A stretch of 62,206 bases of DNA, counting the filler, from Sphacelaria rigidula (Eukaryota): NCBI GenBank assembly GCA_964200075.2. It is 6 parts of 6 records of this genome, joined end to end, with 100 filler letters (N's around TTAATTAATTAA, not from the genome) between each part and the next. Parts side by side here need not be neighbours in the genome. Positions count along the whole stretch, not along the records: positions 1 to 10,285 come from CAXNAA020006785.1; 5 more parts are not named here. One strand, 5' to 3'. A program made the position numbers and the translations under genes. Below are positions 1 to 10,385 of this stretch, one piece after another. The first letter of the stretch is position 1, and every line of letters begins with the position of its first letter. The notes under the pieces were generated by a model. The model did no database searches. It had not been told where the DNA came from and saw only the letters and a program-made list of their open reading frames with translations.

Positions 1-134
1 CTGACCAGTCAGCGCTGACTGGTCAGTAGTGTAGTTGGTTGTCTCTTAAACCGTCACAGACCACACTTTCGGCACGAAGAATTTTTACGAGAGTTACCTC
101 CTGCACTCGCACCCTAAACACTTCTCGAGCCTAC

Positions 135-3045
135 CTTGCGCACTTGCCACGCCACTTCAATCAACGCTTTCTGCACCCCCAGATTGAACCCGATCGACGA
201 CAAGTTGGCCACCAATGAGCCCACACCAGGAGAATCCGTGACATTGCGCTCTTCTTCGGGATCTGACCAGTTATCTTCACTGATGTATTTCTGGAATTCT
301 TCACGCTCAGGTGTCGATGCTTCACTCATGGACTCTATATCCATGTCAGAATGAGATATATCGGGAGAAGGAGCAAGGCGGGATGAGGTTGTAGTGCCTG
401 GGTGAACCGCACTCCCCAGTGTCGTTTCAGCTGCGTTTTTGGTCTCAATAGAAGTAGCGGTAGGAGTAGTAGTAGTGGAAGTGATGTTGCCATAATCTAT
501 ACCGCTCGATTCTTCGTTCGTTCTCTTTTTACCCATCAAAATGGCACGATTGCAGGAAAGCTCTTCCTCAGAGATGCAGCGTCTCGTGGACCCAGAGAAG
601 AAACTTGTAGTTGATTTGCGTTCCGAAGCTCCTCGTACAGCAATTCGCGACATGGGGCTTATACTTGAAGTTGAAGTCGATCGATCGATTTTTCCCGCAC
701 ATGATCCAGGAGAGAAATCGACCGTCGAAGTATAATCCTGACTCCTTCCCCTCGCACGTGATGAGAGAACTGTCGAGTTTCTCCCCACTTCTGATGATGG
801 CTTCGCGGAAAATGGTGACGCAGGTTTGAGAAACGCCTTCGGCGACTTGCCAGGCATCAAATTCTCGGCCACACCGATAGCAGGAGCTGAATTAGACCTA
901 CTCTGTTGGCTGTTGGAGTGAGGTGTTGAGATGGCGTTCTTGATTCGATCCGTCGCGACAATTCGTAGGGTGCTCATTTTGGTAAGGTCGCCTGTCTTGG
1001 ATGAGCCCTTCTTGGTATGCCCTTTGTCAAGAGATTGTAACTTGTCTTTGCTGGTCGGGCAAGGGGCAGGTCCGGCTTTCTTCGTCTGAACTGTGACACA
1101 AGCTGCTCGTGGGGTACTTGGTGCGGCGAGGGAGCGAGCGGTAGAAACATCTTTGCTGGTTCGACTTGTGGAAAGAGTCGACCGGATGACGACTTTGGTA
1201 CTGGAGCGAGGATAAGCCGATTTACCCTTCGCGGTCTTCTTGCGCTTGAATGATGAGCTGCCCAGCTTATACTCATCAATTCCATATGCTCCGACTCTTC
1301 CTGCTAGAAAAACGAAATCAGAATTGCAGGACGGGTACTTGACTGAACACAGTTTTCCGCGGCGAAACACCCGTCATACATCCCGCCTTCATTGGATACA
1401 ATTTCGCAAGGAATTTAATGGCGCCCAAACGCATCGTCTAGTATCGATATGCAACATCAAAATTGTCTCAGTGTATGCCTCGTTTCTGATAGGGGCTTTA
1501 GAGTCAAATGTAAACGCGTGCGTTCTGGACCGCATCGGAATTCAAACGCTCTTATGGTTGGGGTTGGGGTTGGGGTTAGGGTTAGGGTGTAATGCGTGAG
1601 AGGACCGCGTGCTTACAGGACCGCGCCGTAGTCCAAAACACCCCAGGATCGATGTTTTTCGAAACCAACCGGGCCAGTACCTACAGGGACCACGCCCCTG
1701 ACCCTAACCCTAACCCTGACCCTGACCCTGACCCTGACCCTGACCCTAACCACAGGGATGTTCAAATTCCGATGCGGTCCTCTAAGCACGCGGTCCTCTC
1801 ACGCATTACGCCTCGGGGGCACGGTTCCTGCAGGGACTGCCTCAATCGGTCTTGAAAAACGTCGATCCTGTGGTGTTCAATTCCTATGCCGTTCAAAATG
1901 CACGCGGTCCTCCCACACATTACAGTCAACTACAGCATAGGGGGTACCTCGCTACTTGATACCACACGCCTATTGTGCAGGGTGCATGACACATTATTTG
2001 CCTATCACCTACCTATGCCAGCATTTGGCGGGGTATCACTGTTCTTTTTGGGTGCTTTGCCGCCACCACTGGGCCTTGAGCGGCCAGCTGACTTCTTCTT
2101 GATTCCTCCCTTGCCCCCCTTAGGTTTCTTCGATTGAGCCGACTGTTTTCTCTTAATAATGAGCAATCGCACATGGAGGTTCCAAAGGCGCGGGACGCGC
2201 GTACAAGTGTGGAGGGAAGGGGGGTTAAACGACGATGGGCGAAGGAGGTAGGGAGAGCGCATCCACGAGAGAGCCTACGACTTCGCAGAATCTACGCAGA
2301 TCATGTGAGAACTCTCAGCGAATGCCATTGTGATTGGGACCGTTTTTTTATCACCTCACGAAGTGACAATCGCGGATGCCGCGTGCATAATACTGGAATG
2401 GATTCTACATATGTCAAGAGGTAGCGGCGGACACCTTAACGTCAATGTTCCTGCTACACTTTACGCCTGTGGACTAATCATTGAAGCCAGGAGGAATGGA
2501 GAACGTAGGACTTGCAAACTGGTGCCGAACAAGACACCATTCGTGACCATAGCGTCAGTGCCACGCTTCATATTACTGTCGTGTGGACAATTGTGTACGG
2601 CAAGGTGTACATACATTAGAAGAGTCTACCCCCGATTCATCTCGCCCCTCTTCTCTTAGCCTTGCGGCGGCCTCCTCGAAGCGTTGTTTTTCCTCCGGTG
2701 ATGCCTGAGCCCACAAATTTCCGATCACTCGCATGAGCAGCGAACTCTGCGAAATAAAATATGTATGTTACGACGGTCTCGAGTATGAGGGATGAGTAAA
2801 GGCAATGCATTGGTCGACGTTATCTTCAGAGACATTTTGCATACTAATCTTCAACACACGAAGGCGCAGAACCTTTTCACCGAATAGCTAAATTCCCCAA
2901 ACGCCTATGGCAGGCACCGGGGAAAACGACGAAAAAAGTACGCCCTGACTGAATCCTAAAGCCTATGACACATACGACAATGCGAGAAAGGTACGCTCTA
3001 ACTGATCTACGGAAGGTGCGCATCCGAAGGGTATCAATAGTAGAA
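135..3045 (-). CDS. Spliced gene segment with a partial HMG box followed by Lys-rich and long Ser/Thr-rich regions (incomplete)
   Basis: Phase-consistent GT-AG exons: 2746-2615 (SSLLMRVIGNLWAQASPEEKQRFEEAAARLREE, matching HMG helices 2-3), 2142-2013 (SAQSKKPKGGKGGIKKK...) and 1300-135 (most of ORF 114..1370, ending AAG|GTAG). Exon 3045-2976 is also phase-compatible but less certain. A canonical first HMG helix was not located. Confidence 0.65.
1586..1812 (+). mobile_element. MITE with ~30-40 bp TIRs and an internal telomere-like (CCCTAA/CCCTGA)n tract, nested in an older inverted copy (~1508-1925)
   Basis: GTGTAATGCGTGAGAGGACCGCGTGCTTA pairs with TAAGCACGCGGTCCTCTCACGCATTACGC. The hexamer tract is at ~1696-1751. 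Flanks 1508-1588 and 1813-1925 rejoin into a reverse-oriented copy of the same family. Confidence 0.85.
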
Positions 3046-3202
3046 CTGTATAAAAAGAACGCGTCACACAATTGAGTTGATACGTATTCATGGCTCGTGA
3101 TTTATAATCGAACGCGACGTTGAACGGCTGAAGCAGACGCGCACATCGCACCGCTACACCTCAATCAGGGACAATCAGACTTTCCGATCTACGGCACCGA
3201 TC

Positions 3203-3428
3203 TAATGCGTGAGAGGACCGCGTGCTTAGAGGACCGCGTGCTTAGAGGACCGCGTCGTAGTTCAAAGCACCTCAGGATCGACGTTATCGAAAGCAATTGG
3301 GCCAGTTCCTGCAGGAACCACGCCCCTGACCCTAACCCCAACACTAACCCTATCCCTAACCTTAACCATAGGGGTGTTCAAATTCCAATGCGGTCCTCAA
3401 AGCACGCGGTCCTCTCACGCTTTACACC
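3203..3428 (+). mobile_element. Second copy of the telomere-repeat-containing MITE
   Basis: Same TIRs, with an internal duplication of GAGGACCGCGTGCTTA, and a degenerate CCCTAA tract at ~3325-3367. Confidence 0.85.
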
Positions 3429-3437
3429 GAGACCAAA

Positions 3438-3910
3438 CACTATATTCGTGAGATTCAGAGTGTAGTTTCAGATTCAGAGTCAATATCTCAAACAGAAGAG
3501 CTGTATTTTTTGTGGTCAATTCTTATGCGAAACAGTTTGCGTCACTAATCAACCAATCCGAGTAACAAACGTGCATGTTTTCACCGCCTCCAATGTTGGT
3601 TGACTAGTGACGCGAACTGTTTCGCATAAGAATCGACCACAAAAAAAATAATCATTCCGTTTGAAATCCTGACTCTGAATCTGAAACTACACTCTGAGTC
3701 TCACAAATATTCATGTGGGGAGAATCGGGGAAACGCGTACAAAATCAACCAAAATTGGAGGCTGTGAAACCACGCACATTCATTACTCGGGTTGGTTGAT
3801 CAGTGACGCAAACTGTTTCGCATAAGAATTGACCACAAAAAATACAGCTCTTCCGTTTGAGATCCTGACTCTGAATCTGAAACTACACTCTGAATCTCAC
3901 GAATATGGTG
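3438..3910. mobile_element. Foldback MITE with ~170-bp arms, CACTA/CACCA-like termini and an extra internal copy of the right arm
   Basis: CACTATATTCGTGAGATTCAGAG (3438) is the near-perfect reverse complement of ...CTCACGAATATGGTG (3910). 3595-3710 is a second partial right arm. No clear TSD. Confidence 0.8.
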
Positions 3911-4438
3911 TTACCACAGGTACGGGTCTTTTTATGTAGCGTCATGTAGTTCCGACAACATATTCACCGTCACGAAAAGTGACACTACGATCGGGAGTTA
4001 CTGTAGGTGTTTTATGACGCTTTCAACACAGAGGAGCGAAATTGGAGCGTCGCTACAATCAGCTTTTTTTTTAGGGTTGTTTGCCAGATGTTCGGAAAAA
4101 ATGATTGACACGAATAATGAGGTGCCGACAACAGACGTCGGCATAATTGTTCAACCATATGATTGTGAAGCTAATGGTTGACCATCTTTTCGGATCTTGT
4201 GATCGATGCTGTTGGCAACAGGCCAATCATTGTGCAGGTACGACCGTAGCACGATTGGGAGTCCACTGAGTTGGTTCAGAACCAAAACGAAGATAAACTA
4301 TAGCGACTACTTCGATAGTACAGTACACCGCACCGTGGCACGCTCCCTGCATTCGCTGGTGCGGCTCCGCCTATGTTGTTCTGCTTGGTATGTCTTGCAC
4401 ACGCACAAAATGCCATGCATACGCACCAGGTTACTTAC

Positions 4439-5380
4439 CGCGACCATAAGGCCACCGCAGTTTGAAAACACCACTCAGGCCGTACATGATTTGAGACGTG
4501 AGATACCGCCCTGGTAACGGTCAGCGAACTAGGAATGCGCAACGAGATGCAAATGGCAATTTCTCTGGACACGGCACCCGTGTGTCGGCAGTCGCACCCT
4601 AAACGTCGATGCACTGACGCAATTTGAAGCATATGCCCGCCGGTCGATTGACTAGTAATGTACAGTACAGTACCATTACAACAGAGGTATACTAGCACCT
4701 ATCACCTTCACATCAGCCTTTTTGTTCAGACCCGTGGCCGAGCGCCAAATTCGCGGGCAGCGAAATCGCCTCAGTTTTGTGGTGCTGACGCACAGGCGGG
4801 CTTTGGATGGCGAAGCCATTGACCCATTGCGCGCAATGGCAACGAAACGCGAAGAAAAGGGCTTCCTTAACGTATTTTCATCACTACCGACCCAAAGGAA
4901 GATCCTGGTATAAGTCAGTACCCTGGCATACCAAACAGTACCGCACACTCGGCAGGATTGTTTGTTTGAATCTGAAGATTGCAAAACCAGGAAGCACTTG
5001 CCCGCACGATCAAACTTATGGCCGATTAGTACGGTACGGTACGGTACGGTACGGTACGGTACGGTACGGTACAGTACCGCTGCAGTCAGTCGTGAGTGTA
5101 CACGAGCACGTGTTTTCTTCACATCAGCCGTCTTGTTCAGACCCGCGGCCGAACGGTTCATCCTAAGGCAGCGAAACGCCGTCGGTTTTGGACTTCAAAG
5201 ACAGCGAAAACTCGTCATTTTTTAGCTGCTCACCCGAAGGTGGGCCGTGTGCGGTGAAGGCATTGCTCTATTGTGCATACCGTTCAAGAAACAGGGAAAA
5301 GAACATCTACTCGAGGTATTTCTCCACTATCGAGAGGCGGGGGTGGGCTGGGTACCGGCCTGAAGTTGATGAAGTCCCTT
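4439..5380 (-). pseudogene. Decayed TET/JBP-like 2-oxoglutarate/Fe(II) dioxygenase (three exons)
   Basis: Three exons join in phase 2 at every junction: ~5380-5234 (VLFPVS*TVCTIEQCLHRTRPTFG|GTGAGC), 4904-4794 (IFLWVGSDE...FVAIARNGSMAS...|GTGCGT) and 4510-4439 (AVSHVSNHVRPEWCFQTAVALWSR|GTAAGT). Proximal His (5254-5256), an aromatic/Trp strand and distal His (4498-4500) fall in the order expected of the TET/JBP double-stranded beta-helix. The Asp of HxD is missing and there is a TGA at 5284-5286. Family call is by eye. Confidence 0.4.
5029..5078. repeat. (GTACG)n pentanucleotide microsatellite between two ~80-bp direct repeats (4706-4790 and 5118-5190)
   Basis: Directly visible. Both flanking repeats begin CTTCACATCAGCC..TTGTTCAGACCCG. 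Confidence 0.9.
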
Positions 5381-6829
5381 CTTTGAATGTATTGATTTGA
5401 TACATTTATCACACAATAATCCATCAAGTGCGAACCCAGCTATGGTCCCAAGACGACCGCAATGATCGGATGAAAAACACGACCCAGAGGAACGAAATTT
5501 TAAACCATCAAATACAGCAAAGGGGCAGGAAGATTCAAAGGGCACATGAAAGTCAAATTCAAAAACAGGGGAAAATTAAAAAAGAAATAAAAAGGCAACG
5601 GAGACACACACAAAAAAAAAATACTCGCCTAGAATGGCGACGGAGACACCCTAAAGAATATCCGACTAAATATTCAAGCCAAATAGGACAAGGCCATACA
5701 GGAAGTGAGGTCGATAGAGCACTACAAAAAACATTATCCCAAGGTGTGCGTCGTCATGTCGCCCCCCCTCCCTCCACTCCCCCGCCCCCCCCGCGCGAGG
5801 CTATCCTAGGGAGTGTGGAGGTGTGTGGTGCGCATTTTGCCATGTGCGTCAAAAGATCGCATCACGGGCGAACTACAAAAGCATCTCTCATAGGTCCACA
5901 GTTCATTTCAGCAAGCTGTCTGACGATAGGTGGCGTGATCCTTGGTGCGTCCAAGCATCAAGTCTGATGAGCGCCGGTTGATGGCGGCGTTCTCCAACTC
6001 GTTCAGCAAGATCGTGGCGAACGTGAACGCGTCGAAAGTCATACCGGTGAGGTTAGCAAAAATATTTGGAAGCTCGGAGTGGTGCTTCTCGTGCACGTTC
6101 AGGTTTGCCCCAAGCAAATGCCGGCAACTGCTGAGCTCGGCGTACTTGTTCCGGCACTGCTCGTTGTGAATTTTCCTCGTGAGGTCCATCGGGTCAGAGG
6201 AACATCCCGCTATTCCAACAGGAGTATGGGCGGGGTTCGCCAACCCTCGACTCTCGCCAGAAGTTGAACAAGATACCATAGCCGGGCATCACGCCGTCGT
6301 TGTTTGTCCCACCTCCCCCTGAATCCGCGGACAGAGATTTGAAGGGCCTCAGCAGAATGTTCGGCCACCCCACGCCCTACTCCAGCTCGGACAAAGCGCT
6401 CTGCGATGACCGAACGCACGACCAAAATCGGGAGTAGCGATCAGCGAACGCAGCAGTATCACACGTAATGATACTGCTGGTCAACCGCAACATACCCCGG
6501 AGTCGAATCCCGCCCCGATTACGCCGATCAACAGCAACAAAGTCGCGGAAACGTAAAGCGCGAAAAAAACATGCCAAAAAGGAAAAATCTTGAAAAGTAA
6601 GAGGGGCGAGGAGCGAGGTGTAAATTACAGAAGGCGTCAAAATTACCTCCGGGCCCGCGTAGGGCCGAAGGGCTTGGTTACTGAATGTTAGAATACATGC
6701 AAGAGAGGCACTACCCCCGTAGAATAAAAGGCGTTGCCGTCCCACCTGAGTAGCGATAACGCTCGTCATTCCGACCACCTTCAGCCTGAAGACTATTCGC
6801 GATACACTCAGGTCGGCCATTTCTTTCTG

Positions 6830-6975
6830 TTCTTTGCTTGTGTTGACTTTTTCATTACTTTCTTTTTGTCACGACTTAGCCTGCTATGACGTTCTGTTCG
6901 ACTCCTCCTCCTCCTTTTTTTTTCTGTTCCTTCTTTTTCTCAGAGCGTGTTTCAATTTCGTTTTTCTTGGGTACG
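6830..6975 (-). repeat. A-rich dispersed repeat; other copies at ~27141-27234 (+) and ~47640-47770 (+)
   Basis: Shared core ACTGAAACACTCGCTGAAGAAAAAGAAGGAACAGAAAAAGTCGAACAGAACG (with variants) in three contigs. Confidence 0.65.
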
Positions 6976-8474
6976 TAGGTCAGTAAAAGGGTGACAATCA
7001 ATCATCACTCAAATCAAAACTCAACTTTCAACTGGCGATTTCAGTTCGAACATCGCGCTGGTTGGAGGGGTGGGGGAGGGCGGCGGGGGGTAAATAGCAT
7101 TAGATAAATAGCTTCAGAATTTCAGAAAGAAGCTGCGTAGGTAAATAAATATATTCATCATCGGCAATGAATCATCTGCATAACCCAAACTGCTTACACC
7201 AATACCACAGAGACTCCATTCAACCCTTTACCGTAAAAAGAATAGCCAAACTAGGGAATAGTACCGGTTGTCACAACTACAACACGACATAATCCAACCA
7301 CTATCGAAACGTACGTAAATGTATGGCGAGCATAAACGATAAACCGAATAGTTCCTAGAGATAGCATAGCATTAACCACCTTTCAATAACAAACTTAGGG
7401 TATTCAAATAGTGCGACAACACATGCCGACAAATCGTAGAAAGTACGTAAAACGTACCAGCTTTTCATCGAAAGAGTAGACGTTTCAACGATCGGTCCGG
7501 TACCGTATACCCGATGTCCTCAATACTCATTTTTTGGGCAGGTCATTGCGATCGTACTTCACCATCACTACAACCTGGGGATGCTTACCGCATGATAGTT
7601 TGTCGTGGCTTCTCCCAGCGCGCAAAGGCTGCTGCTATTATGGTCTCGGAATAGCGCTTGAAATAGTACCCATGCCCTCCAGGGTGGAGCAGTATACATG
7701 GAGCCATTTTCCGGCTGCCCACCCACAAAGAGCGTGTGGACTGTACCGCCGCAAACCAGCTAGTATGTCCAATGCGCAGCAACACACGGACGCACGCTGC
7801 TTCCGCCTCTTTCACGTATCTTTCCATCATCTGCACATGAATTTTCGCCAATCCCCTTTTGTTTCCAACAGCTCCCATGGCATGCATTACGTCCTCATTG
7901 CAGGCGAACACCGGCGTCGCCGTTGGTATCCGGGGACTCTTATCTTCTGCTTGTACTGCTTCTCCATGACCGCACACGTCCACAAGGGCGCTGTCGTTTG
8001 GTGTCCTCCCAAGCCGTGTGCACGGTGTGCCCTACTCTGCAGCATGCCATGAATTGAAAAAATATGTTTTACGATTACTGCTGTAATTCTGGTGCTATAG
8101 ACGAGGACAGGTTGAAACCTACGCACGGCATCTCACGCATTCACGGTACAGGGTACATGAGCCGCACATTCCTATAAGGACCAGCCGGTTCGAGGCCTTG
8201 ACTGCTCACCCGAGGCCATCGGTCCGAGAGCATAGCATGCGGGAACCTTTCTCGACCACAGCGGCGGGCATAAAGTTTGTCGATATCGACATGGGGCATA
8301 TTATCCCTCCGTTGCGCCCCGTTGAAAACAAGAACATTTTCTGCCGAGCCCTGCGCCTCTTGGCGATCCGAGAACGTTGCATTGCACAAGTTGAGCTTTT
8401 CTTCCGACTCATACCATTTTACTGTATGCATTACATAAACGCAGTTCCCACGGATAGCAAGGAAGGAGGGGGGG

Positions 8475-8790
8475 AGGGTGTGTAATCGTGATCTTGCCTG
8501 CTATCGTCATATATATGACCATTGACCTTGCATCCCAACAAAAGCCGGGACGGAGCACGCCGGGTTTTCGCCGGACCAGGCTCGTAATCAATCGCCAAGC
8601 GCCAAGCGCCGTGGTGTGCTCGGCGAGCCGCATGGAGGGTGAGCTGCATCCTGCTAACATTGTTCGACCCGAAGCGTACGGAGTATCTCGCACTTGGATG
8701 ACAGCCTCCAATGAGTTGCTTCACCTTCTGGTATCGCCACTTCCCGAGACAGTCACGGCTTAAACACTGCCCTTGTGAGTCTCTCACCAA
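8475..8790 (+). mobile_element. Abundant ~310-bp interspersed repeat with a G-tract at one end; copies at ~8955-9055, 37760-38050, 41635-41945 (-), 45735-45845 (-), 51752-51823 and 62115-62206
   Basis: Shared motifs GACCATTGACCTCGCATCCC..AAAGCCGGGACGGAGCACGCCGGG and GCTGCATCCTGCTAAAATTGTTCGGCCCGAA. Class (SINE or LINE end) not determined. Confidence 0.85.
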
Positions 8791-10285
8791 TTACACACTA
8801 CACTGTACGATCATCTCCTTTGCGCAGAATCGGGGTTCTCCCACCCCGCACAACATGACCTAGCTCGACCACCATCATCGTTACCGCAAAAAAAAAACCG
8901 CAAGCGCGCAAAAAAAATTGGTAACCCGGTTGACTAGCTTACGCAGTGAGTGGCGTGTTTTACAGCGTCATAGCCAACCCACGCCAACCCCATAGGGGGG
9001 TCCGCTCCTACAAAGTCGGAACGGAGCACGCCGGACTTTCGTCGGACCCGGCTGAAGATAGGGGGGGAGTTGAGCGACAGGCTGCCAGCGAACATTTCGC
9101 GACCGACTCAGCAAATCCCAAATACCGTTCCGCAGCTTCTGGATCATGTGCATTTGAGGATATGAGCACCTGTCCTGCATACACTACTTTTGCCATTAAT
9201 ATTGTCCATACTCTCATCATTTTTTCACTTATCTATAACCGCTTGTAGGAGTATCAGTAACAGCAGCGGTAGTAGTATCCGTACATCTCATTATTAATTG
9301 GTTGGCCGTAGAGCTCTATTCAATTAATTGATAGTACTGTTGATGGTTGATGCGTTGGACTTTGCTTCGATTTTGCATGTAATTATTTATTTGTTGAAAG
9401 GTGGTGCGCCTAGCCCAAACCCCAACCTTCATAAATTCTGGGGAAAATACGTATAAAATGGACATCAAACTCAATTTTTGATTAAAAGTCAATGAATAAC
9501 TTGTTGTTTGTGATCGGTGTTATGCATGTATTTATTTTTTTCGTTTTGTTTTCAATGATCGCCTCTTTTTCGGTAAGTGGGACGCTTCATAGTGTCGTGG
9601 AGGTTCTGGAGCTCAACAACCACAAAACCCACCGTTTATTGCTCGAGCACGGCGGCGTCCTCTCCTCCTCCTCGTGTGCGTAGCAAGCCCAAGCCTTCGC
9701 TGGCCTCCGAGTGCACCTTCATGCAACAAAAGCACAACCACTACAGGCACCCGTATTCACTTCGCCTATGCAAAAGGCCTGATGTAGGACACGGGAGTGA
9801 CCTCTACATCGTCGCATTGTACGACAGTTGTGGCAACAGCTGTGGGCGGCCACCATCTCTCTGTCGTCGTCCGCGGCCGTCCCCACACTACCTCGCCGCC
9901 AATTCGTGCGCCCCCCCCGCCCGTTGTTCCTCCATAATCCCAGATCGGGTGCCGTCAGCGGACCGGTCATTGGCGGAGAGGCAATCTCCGGTGCTCGCTA
10001 CCTCGTCTCCGCCGCCTTCTCCCCCGCCGTGAATCGTGCTGCAAACCCGTCCACCCCCGAGTGGTATCATGAAAGCATGATACCTGGAGACAGCAGATGA
10101 TATCGACCCCCCGGCATGGGTTCTTGCGCTGAAAATTCTTGGTGGCTCTGTTCCAGAGCTCATAGTGATCCCGACCCATTTATCCCACGCGATCCCAGAT
10201 CGGATGTAGTCGGCGCGACGGTCATTGGTCGCGAGCCGAAATCAACTACTTCTGCTCCCCGTTCCACCGCACTGCCTCCCGCTGC

Positions 10286-10385
10286 NNNNNNNNNNNNNNN
10301 NNNNNNNNNNNNNNNNNNNNNNNNNNNNNTTAATTAATTAANNNNNNNNNNNNNNNNNNNNNNNNNNNNNNNNNNNNNNNNNNNN
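10286..10385. other. Artificial contig spacer (N44-TTAATTAATTAA-N44); identical spacers at 20671-20770, 31056-31155, 41440-41539 and 51824-51923
   Basis: Five identical 100-nt spacers carry the six-frame stop linker TTAATTAATTAA. The contigs between them have non-increasing lengths (10285 down to 10283). Confidence 0.97.

Larger units (their letters stand above)
5908..9970 (-). pseudogene. Intron-containing CxC/KDZ (Kyakuja-Dileera-Zisupton / HMGXB3-like) DDE transposase, decayed
   Basis: In order: a Cys cluster CCHNC...CSGC (~9850-9730); candidate exon ISEKMMRVWTILM (~9230-9125); exon 8421-8210 with VLVFNG (Asn at the first acidic position, 8321-8323); exon 8031-7589 with PGGHGYYFK, splicing in phase 2 to an exon from 6476 with IITCDTA (YDxA-like, Asp 6458-6460); then GFRGRW; then D...H...C...Y...NLNVHEKHHSEL...MTFDAFTFATILLNELEN (Glu 6088-6090). 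Frameshifts are needed near 6425 and 6270. Confidence 0.55.

Noticed and set aside
1..26. Perfect 26-bp palindrome CTGACCAGTCAGCGCTGACTGGTCAG at the contig start
   Set aside because: It lies at a contig edge and could be an assembly or repeat-end effect. No context to interpret it.
5428..5967. 179-aa Lys/Gln-rich plus-strand ORF
   Set aside because: It derives from A-rich and C-rich low-complexity sequence antisense to the minus-strand cassette and has no motifs.
5964..6000. CTGATGA followed by a short stem, possible hammerhead ribozyme
   Set aside because: No GAAA after the stem and no stems I/III. Other CTGATGA sites inspected also failed.
8281..8310. NMPHVD as the HxD motif of a dioxygenase
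   Set aside because: It lies in an exon that fits the transposase, just after the VLVFNG strand, and lacks downstream dioxygenase strands.
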